Positions 42,818 through 64,000 of a DNA stretch of 64,000 nt are shown in pieces (within the stretch, counting starts at the first letter, position 1; each line of letters begins with the position of its first letter). The translations under genes and the position numbers were made by a program. Source of the DNA: Amoebidium appalachense (Eukaryota > Protista > Ichthyosporea); contig CAVNZM010000001.1 of the NCBI GenBank assembly GCA_963693365.1, positions 4,976,907 through 5,040,906 of the forward strand. The letters run 5' to 3'. The notes beneath the pieces are model-generated. The model made no database searches, was not told where the DNA came from, and saw nothing but the letters and a program-made list of their open reading frames with translations.

Positions 42818-43216
42818 CCTAATCGACGCCAGTGAACCCCATCCTCACGCAAGAACCCGAGCCCCTGGTGGCCAAACCCTCACCCCTTACTAAGCATTGG
42901 GTGAGTGTAATGGGTTCGGGTGGGGGACAAAAAGCAACGCCAAACGACCACAAAAGACAACACCAATCACACAGATTAATTAGACGGATGAGCAACAGTT
43001 CCACAGGGTGCACATACCACCACATAGAGCTGGTGCATGCCGTAGAAGTGTGCTGCAGATGCATTTCCGCAGTCCGCAGCCCTTTTCACCACCCTCAGTG
43101 CGCCTGCATGCATGCTGGCCAGCGTGATCTTCGCCCCCTCCGTGTCCCACACAGACATCACTGCAGCATAGAATGTCAGCTTCTGAAAAAAAAAAAATCA
43201 CTGTTCGAGAAATGCA

Positions 43217-43256
<40 letters not shown>

Positions 43257-44903
43257 AAAAAAAAAAAAAACAAAACAAAAAAAAACAGTAATGTGCAAAA
43301 AAAACTTACAAAGCTAATATTGCTTGCATCAAGCCAAAAAAAAGTCAAAGAACTACTTGCATCCCCCCCACCCCCCCCCCCTTCATTCTTTCATGACTGA
43401 GCTCTAAGCAGAATCCCTCCCTCCCGTCGCACAACTTCCCTTTCCCCCATGAAGTTCTTTCTCTCCCCCCCCCCCCCCCCCCACACACACACCCTCCTGT
43501 CCCCCCCCCCCCCCCTTTTGACAAAAGTCATCTCCCCCTCCCCTCCTTCCTTTCCTCTTTCTCTCCCCCCCCCCCATCACCCTCTCTACGCATCCCCCTA
43601 TAAGCTTAATACATTGTCCCAGCCAATTGATCCCCCCCCCCCCCCCCCCAAAAAAAAAAAAAAAAAAAAAGGAAAAAAAATGTCTCTCCCTCTCGTCATG
43701 AAGAAAAAAACACACGACAGTTATCTTCTTGCCATGAATTCTATCTCCCTGTAACCCACATTTTCATTGACTATCGATAAGCCACAAATCCCTCTTTCCA
43801 CGTTTCCTCTCCTCTGTACGCTGTCCATGACTTCGACTAATATGCCCAACATACCGCCCCACGAGAGCACTCACCACCAAGTCTCGCTTTCCCTCTTTGC
43901 TCATCGGATAAGGAATGTATGTGTCTAGCCAACACATGGCTGTGTACAGAAAAGTGTATGCATTTTCCATTCACCAACATTATGTACCCCCCCCCCCCCC
44001 CCCCCCCCCCACCACCACCACCAAAAAAAACAAAAAAAACAAAAAAAAAACAAAAAAAGCAAAAAAACGCTGACACTCCTTAGTGTGCCTCTTCCTTTGT
44101 CAACACCTTTTCCTATGGCATGCCTCTATCGATCTCCTCATATCATGCATCTCTGATTCTCAAACATGCCGGCACACGCACGCACACACAACCAGAACAC
44201 AAAGCCCAAGAAGCATGCAAACAGACCACAAACGAAGCACAAACCAACAAAACGTGTCGCCAAGCAAACATTGCCACCCACACACCCCATTGCCCCCTCC
44301 ATCACCCTCACCTGGTCTGCAATCTACTAAGTCGCGAAACCACCGGCACACTGCTCTGAGTTTCAGCACCTCCCTAGGGGCTGTTTTTGCCAAGTGCTCG
44401 AAAATCAAAAGGAGCATCTCAGAAGGAAGAGCGGGTAAAGTTCTACTCTGTGAACGACGCGTCATAATATGCGGTGTCCATTCGCTACTATGGCTGTGTT
44501 TTCGGAGTTTCCGTGCACCGACACTCACAGTGTGTGTGTGTGTTTCATGGTTGCTGCTGGATGTTATCTCTTTTCTCTCCTCTTCACTCTCTCCTGAGTC
44601 CGTTCCTTCAAGCGATGCAAGTGACTGATTGGAGTTTGGTGAACGATCCAATGTTGCTGGTATAAAGTCACTGCTTGCTTGTGTCAAGTCACTACTTGGC
44701 TGGGCTCTGCGTCTGATGGCACGAGCTATCTTTCGCCCAGCTGGGGCGTTTTGCGTAGTTGGCTTCTCATCTCCCTTGCATGTTTGCACGAAACCGCCCG
44801 CGGACTGGGTTTCCTCCTCACTCCAGGATGCTATGTGCCCGCTGTTGTTGCAGCTCTTAAAGGCGCTGGGAGTTTCACGAGCGTTACGTGGCCTTAGTCG
44901 CAT
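39706..44903 (-). CDS. F-box + Sel1-like repeats + C-terminal MYND zinc finger protein, 7 exons, ~430 aa
   Basis: Exons 44903-44312, 43939-43875, 43182-43018, 41868-41699, 40920-40792, 40243-40141, 39774-39706 are phase-consistent. F-box LPALPSEMLLLIFEHL..LRAVCRWFRDLV; Sel1-like KRAADCGNASAAHFYG and YMSQAAQTGHMPSYFSLA; MYND CSHEACGRKET..KVCSRCYGRKFCSRFCQITKWQTHKTEC. Confidence 0.88.
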
Positions 44904-46285
44904 GATGGCCTCGCGTTGTTGGAGCAGGAATAAGAAAAAGTGTTGCCGGTGTAAAACATCGATTCTGACAGGCGCAAAAGTGTGCAGAAATGGTGCAGGA
45001 AAAGGCTTTTCCTGGCACGAAAGTACTAAAATAGGTTATAGGTTATATGGGTTCGCAAGCCACCAACACCACTAGCTGTTGGTTTCTGCGCCGTCGGAAA
45101 TCTAACACTCACCAGCATAAAAACCTAAACCCCCATTCTCGGTTTGTGTGCGTCTTTGTCCACGTTTCGTACCATTAATACTATCAGAAGTGTGGCGTAA
45201 GTGACATAACTCACAAGCAATAAATCATTACAATATCAAGCAAAAACCACACGTGAAGTGCATGTAAACCATACAAAGCCTTTCTACCCTGTGTAGTGAA
45301 CGGATGTGCCGCTGAGCTTCGCTGTCGACAAAAACTCGTTTCTCGATCTGTCGATGGGCAAATCGTTTAGGGAGCCTATTTCCGGTCAATAGGTCATAAT
45401 TTGCGATTTGAACTCCATGCGCCCCCTCCCAGGCTCGAATGCATTGAGACATGCAAATACAAAAGAAACGTTAGATGAAGGCTGTACACGTATATGCTTA
45501 ATGAATATTTGGTGAAAATTTATCATTTTAATGACTGTATTTTTTTATTTAATCTATTTTAGCTTTCTAAACGTACTTACATGACGTCTCTGTTCTGTAA
45601 GTTTGTAGGCTGACGTCCGAAATTATAATTCTGCTATGCCCCACTCCGGCAGATTACGACACACCGGCATTATTAGAAATCGAAGATAAAGATCGAGCCA
45701 ATCGTATAATGCATATACTTTATAAACGTTACGATTTAAAATTTTGCTATACTTTCTATTATCTACAATATTAAAGTAGAATGGGGCACTATGATTGGGT
45801 CAAAGTCACAGACTTCAGGCGTGTTCAACCGACGAATATACTTTCCTCGATTAATTCTCCATTTTTTCCTTTCAGTGGTACGTCATTATCGAATGCCGAT
45901 AACTCGAGTAGCTCCTCGCTTATATCTTCGCATTCATTATTTTAGAGGTAATTATTATCAAGGGGTGCAGCTACCAGCCTTCTGTACCCCCAGCCGGCAC
46001 AGCACACGTGTACACATCTCTATGCGTTCTGGTGTTGGCAACCTGATACGGATACCTTGTTCTGTTAGTTTCCCCTCCGTCCTTCAAGATTAGGCAGGCC
46101 ACATTCACACGAACACAACACGCTGTTTTCTCTAGCTATAGGTATACTTGTTCTGGGGAGGCTTTCAACTCGTTCTTAAAGGCCTCTGGGCCCTTTTTGC
46201 AGCCGCTTCTGCCTTTGGGCTTGTCTTTTGGTTTCCGACAATACGAGGAAGTTAACTATACTTAGGAGAGAGGCACACAGAGAAA

Positions 46286-46620
46286 ATGAGGTTGGAGAAG
46301 TGTTATTTCTGCTCGTCGACCATCTACCCGGGTCACGGCAGTACCTTCATCCGTAACGACAATAAGGTAATGCTGTGAAGCTGTCACTGTGTGCTTGCAC
46401 ACCTGCCTGTGGCGCTTTTGCTTGTGGATGTTGGTGGGTGCGTGTCCATCTGTGTGTCTGTGTCTTTTTCTGTGTCTTTGCCTGTGTCTGTGCGCGCGGT
46501 CGTCCCTTAAATAAGTGTGTTTGTGTCCGTGTGTGCGGCCGCATCGCTGTACACATTTACTTTCAACGACCTGTTCGTCTTCTTTATTCCCCTTGCACAT
46601 CTGTATGTGCGTGTGCGTGT

Positions 46621-46651
<31 letters not shown>

Positions 46652-47510
46652 GGGGGGGGGGGGAGGAATGTGCACACGTAAAGCCACTGGACTGCACAAA
46701 CGTCCATGCGCTCTGCAGAGCCTGTGCTGTGTTTATCTTCTAACTAAGCACCTCGGATGAAAGGCTCGAGTGAAGGACAGAATTGTTTGTTTTTTTGGTC
46801 TGCCTGCGTGTGTGTGCGTGTGCATGTGTGTGTGTCGTGCTTGCGGTTGTGTTGTGTGTGTGTCCCTCTGTGTGTACGTGCCTGTGTGTGATGTCTATGC
46901 ACTTCCTTCCCTCTCTCTCTCTCTCTCTCTTTTTCTTTTCTGTGGAGGTGCTGGGCTTTTGGGCGGGGATGTTTTGTAGCCTTAAGACTATTATCTTGAG
47001 GTAAACACGACAGAAGAAAGGGCAGGGGTGAATGGGGTGCACCAGAGGGGCGGAGGGGGGGAGAGGGGGAGAGAGTTAGAGATAGTTTTTGACGAAGAGG
47101 TGTGTGTGTGTGTTTGTGGCGGGACGAGAAGGGGTGGGGGTGGGTTTGGGGGGGGGGGGGGGGGGGGGGGGGGGCAGAGGACATTAAGTTCACGGGAGCA
47201 TGCACGCGCTTCTATTTATAGGCCATGGTTGTGCAGTAGAGATTTGTTTTGAGAACTGCATAGCACAAAGACACGGGTGCAGTTTGGTGTTTTGTGTGTG
47301 TTGTGCTCGATGATATATACAACCATGCTAATTCCGAGAGCTTGCATATGGCTTGCTCGGTGTGGTGAACGAGGAGGATTTAATGAGAGCCCATTATTGT
47401 ATTATTCTTGAATGAAAGTAAGTGTGTACGAGCTAACCTGTTTGTATTGTTCCTACCCAACTGTATGCGCTCAAACAAACGTTGGATGCATGCACAGACA
47501 AATAACACAT

Positions 47511-47544
<34 letters not shown>

Positions 47545-48531
47545 CACATGCACATGCACACAACAGACTTTCCGCTTCTGCAGGTCAAAATGCTCTAAGG
47601 CATTCAAACAAAAGCGCAACCCGCGTAAGGTGAGATGGACAAAGGCATTTAGAAAGTCCCACGGCAAGGAAATGGTCGTGGTAAGTTAGCCCCCCCCCCC
47701 CCCCCCCCCCCTTCTCTGCCCCCCTCCCCCCCTCGACCTTCTTATATTGATCTTTCCCCCCTCCTGGTTTCTTGAATCTACTTATGTGTGAGTTGAACGG
47801 ACGGCTCTCAAATTTTTGGATATGCTGCTGCAGGTTGAAGTAAACTTTGTGACGTCTGCTTACAGTACCCCCCCCCCCCCCCCCCCGGGGGTTCCACCCG
47901 TAGCGCAGTATTGGAGTTGGGTTTCGTATATAAGTCGAATGGGTGGAAGCTCGGGTACTGTGAATGGCTTGGGTCATTTCTGAAAATGGGGATCTGCCTA
48001 TGAATCATATCTCTGCGTGCTCTGCGCTCTGTTGTCTGTCCTGGATGTGTACTTGGTACTCTGAAACACACATACTTCTGCCCCCCCCCCCCCCCCCTTC
48101 CCCTCCCCCTCCCCTCCCCCCCCGTCCACAGCACACACACACACACACACACATACACACACGACCGCCACCACCAAGGAGGCACATATGCTCTGTGTTT
48201 CTCTGCAAGCGTGCCTGCACACCTGAAGACCTGAAGACATGCGCGCACGCACACACACACACACAAACACAAACACACAGAGCAATACCTTCCTTTTTTT
48301 TTGATTGTTTGTGTTTGCATTATTGCTGTGATGGTGTTGTAACACAACCAGTAACACTGTTTCCTGTGCAGGACTCGACTTTCATGTTCGAGAAGAGACG
48401 GCAGGTGCCAGTCAAGTACGATCGCGAGTTGTGGGCAAGCACGCTGATGGCTATGAAGCGAGTGTCCGAGATCAGACAGAAACGCGAGGGCCAGTTTATC
48501 AAGAAGCGGTGTGTGTGCTCTCCCTCTCGTG

Positions 48532-48582
<51 letters not shown>

Positions 48583-49331
48583 CCCTGGCTGCCATAATGC
48601 ATTTTGATACTTTGTGTTTCCGATGTCACATGCATTAGCATAGTAGTATGGTGGGTAGGCAGGCAGACTATACAGGAGGGAGGCAGGCGTGTTGTGTCAA
48701 CTTCCCCATCCCTGCCCCCCCCCCCCCCTCCTCGCGCCCTCGCGCGCGCACGAACGCACGAACACACACACACACACATGCACATGCACCCTCACCCAAC
48801 CACTTATTATTTGTGATATTTCAGATCAGAGGGAGAGAACCAACAGAAAGGCATTTTACTGCTGAGATTGCTCAAAGCAGAAACTCTTTCACCCCGCATT
48901 CGCCTATCTTCTTTCTGCTTTGTGGGTATCTATTTTCACACACATATTTATCATGTGTACATGTACGTGCACACACACATACATAGGGGCGCATGTATGC
49001 CCACACACACCCACTCATTCACGTGCTCATTCGCTCGCTCACATAATCACACCCACACCTCTTGCACTCACACCCACTTCCCCCCCCCCCCCAAAAAAAA
49101 AAAAAAAAAAAAAAAAACGCTCACGCTCATACTCCTACTCATACTCGCGCGCAAACACACACACACACACACAGTCTGCAGAAGAGCAAGGCCAAGACAC
49201 TGGAGGCGGACATCAAGGAGGTGCAACAAGGCATCGACCTCATTTTGGCCCCGCCCGCACGCACGGAAGAAAAAATGGCAAAGATTACTGCAGCAACAAA
49301 GAAGAAGGAAGCAGACAAGATGGAGTTTTAG
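46286..49331 (+). CDS. RLP24: 60S ribosome biogenesis protein RLP24 (RSL24D1), 4 exons, 162 aa
   Basis: Exons 46286-46366, 47567-47680, 48372-48508, 49175-49331 give [104 protein letters not shown]. Confidence 0.97.
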
Positions 49332-49494
49332 ACTGGGTTGCCACGTGCGCTGGTCACTTCGAGTATATGCTGCTGTGCCCGTGTCCTGGCCTGATACTCT
49401 GGTTGGCATCAGTTGGGTTTCTCTGGTTTTTCATGATCGCTTGTTTTGTTGTGTCGACCTGACTTGTCTTTTTTTTTTTTTTTTTTTTGGTCCC

Positions 49495-49562
<68 letters not shown>

Positions 49563-50498
49563 GGTCGAAATGCTGGCTTTTTCCCTGTAACCCCTTCACT
49601 TTAAAGTACATCATTCATTATGCACCCGAGTAAGAAGTCGAAATTCTGTACAAAGTTCTAGCCAACCTGTGAAGGACATCTATCAATTTATGCAAGAGCA
49701 CCCAGCGTGACACCGTACGTTATCTCTACATTATATAAGGGCATGCTTCTGCTAGTATGGCTGTCAAAGCCTTATTTACGGGTTGCCAAATAGGGGCAGC
49801 CCAGGCATGTTATGTGTTGCTGTTGAGCTCACACCTGGATCATAAGTTTTTTTGAGAGGGAGGGGAGGGGAAGAGGGTTGGAGGTGGGGTTTGGAGGCTG
49901 ATTTTGGTTGGCAGGTCCACCTACGTGTAAACGAATAGAAATCTTGGACATGCCGCTTGGGGAGTCCCCCCCCCCCCCCCCCTCCTCCTCCTCACCCCGC
50001 CCATCCAACACACCATTTTTATTATTACGCGCACACACTCACATGTACAAAAAGTGCATAGACTTGAAATGCGACATGTTTTGCACTCGCATTCTCACTC
50101 ACACACCGTGACTCAGGTTGACTTGCAAGCTTGTACCATGGCCAAACACACAGACACGATAATAATTCTTGTCGTCTTGTATGGGAAACTAAGTACACTC
50201 TTCCGCTCGTTTTTTGCATGAGCTATGAAAAACCCTGGTATCTGCAACTCGCTTTTTGTGCATCAGTTTAAAGCCTCCTATCGGGCAATTACCACCACTG
50301 TGACGGATGTCAGACATTACTGTAGGTGTTGGACTTCTCTGCTGGGGCAACACAAAAGTTTCAAATTTGGTAACTTTTTGAACCTTAGAACAGCAACACT
50401 GTGTGCAACCACAATACGACTTTTTCTGGCTCCCCCCAGCACTCCCCCCCCCCCCCCCCCCCCCCCCCCCTTCCCAACCACCACCACCACCACCTCTT

Positions 50499-50535
<37 letters not shown>

Positions 50536-51518
50536 CCAACCACCACCACCACCACCTCTTGTGCCGCTTTCTTCTATCTTTTGTAGTGTGCTGCCCTCCA
50601 TGTGAAGAACTCTAACGATCCACTTTCTACATGTGTGAGCCTCAGTCAGTGACATGCGTCCGACACACACACACACACACACACACCTGGTGTTAGGCCT
50701 TGAGAAGGTGCAACTTTAATACACAAACGAGAACTGCAGAACTGCGGCAAACTCCGAACTTGCCTGACTCGACACGTTGTGGAGTTGGTTGTTGTGGGAG
50801 AGAACCACGAAACTAGTCAGCCAGAACGGAAACATAAAAGAAGGGACGGGTCTTTTGGCTTGTAACAACGTGTAATAATAATCAAGCAGAGGTCCCAGCT
50901 GCTTATCTGTGCGTGTTGCATACAGAAGAGGCAACAACTCACAGTGTTTCTTTAAAATTTCCTGTCACTGAGAAAGCAGCGGCACATGCGGGGCTGGTTT
51001 AGTCCACAATGTAGACTCCACAATGCATATCTTATCGTTGTTAGTAAGGCTGTACTATTAGAGATGATGTCATACTGGCAATCACTTTGTGTGCTGGCGG
51101 CATTCGCGCCAAAATTTCGAGGCAGGCAAACTCCAACGACAATGCGAAGGGCCAAGTTCTGGTGCGGGAAAGCCTGTACTTTGAAAAAAAAAAAAAAAAG
51201 GATTGCAGTTTTGTAAAGAGTCGGCTGTTTAATGGACGTTTTAACCGCAGCTGTTTTTGCGTTTATCAAAAACAGGTATTTTTTAATCGGGGGTTTTTTA
51301 TTTATTTTTTTTAAATTTTTGTGGGTTTGTTCGCTTTCTTTTTCTTCGCTCTGGTGGGCTACAACTCGGAGCAACGGACTTACATTCGACGTAGGCTCGA
51401 GAATAGCGAAACATGTTTGGGCAAGCAAAGGAAGTCTGATTGTAGCCATTGCCGGATAGAAGGAGGAGGGTATAAAGGCACATACCAGCAACGTTAGGGT
51501 GCATGCCCCTATGAAAAC

Positions 51519-63777
<12,259 letters not shown>

Positions 63778-64000
63778 GTGGGCACAGACACAACAAGTGC
63801 ATGTGCTTGTACTGTGTGTACATTCTCTATGTCTGCATACACAACACATAATCACTAAATACACATGTCCATAAGTCAGTTTCTGTTATGTGTGTTGCGA
63901 TGCTTCCAACTACTATTTTTGTGCTCATGAACGTTAAAATTACGAAGCCGCAATGTATTGTTGTTCGGAACTGGTGAACACGTGTTTTGTGTTACAGTGC

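Noticed and set aside
29497-45539. A 16-kb IS3EU element enclosing the transposase and the F-box gene, with a right end at ...attttaatgactgta
   Set aside because: The match to the left end is loose and there is no TSD; the left end pairs better with 29771.

Overview
Eukaryotic nuclear DNA, probably a unicellular eukaryote; the taxon cannot be fixed from this window. Genes are intron-rich and the introns are full of poly-C/G, (CA)n/(GT)n and (CT)n tracts, so most of the supplied ORF track is repeat noise. Hand-splicing gives five phase-consistent genes: the 3' part of a double-SPRY gene (522-8123, +), an intact 4-exon IS3EU-type DDE transposase (30752-35794, +), an F-box/Sel1-like/MYND gene (39706-44903, -), RLP24/RSL24D1 (46286-49331, +) and a Set1-like gene (51519 to beyond the window, +). 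The 9-30 kb interval is accessory. It holds two intronless secreted-protein genes (a LysM-DPBB pseudogene and a three-module protein whose 5' end is tandemly duplicated), several non-autonomous DNA transposons and decayed ORFs. Two signals stand out. First, a ~1.3 kb non-coding repeat occurs as two long copies and one 5'-truncated copy; it is rich in hairpins with strand-biased G-U pairs, all copies end at the same point in a poly-C tract, and one carries a degenerate hammerhead-like motif. Second, introns tend to have poly-C just after the donor and (CA)n abutting the acceptor, on the transcribed strand. All domain calls come from motif recognition by eye, not database searches.
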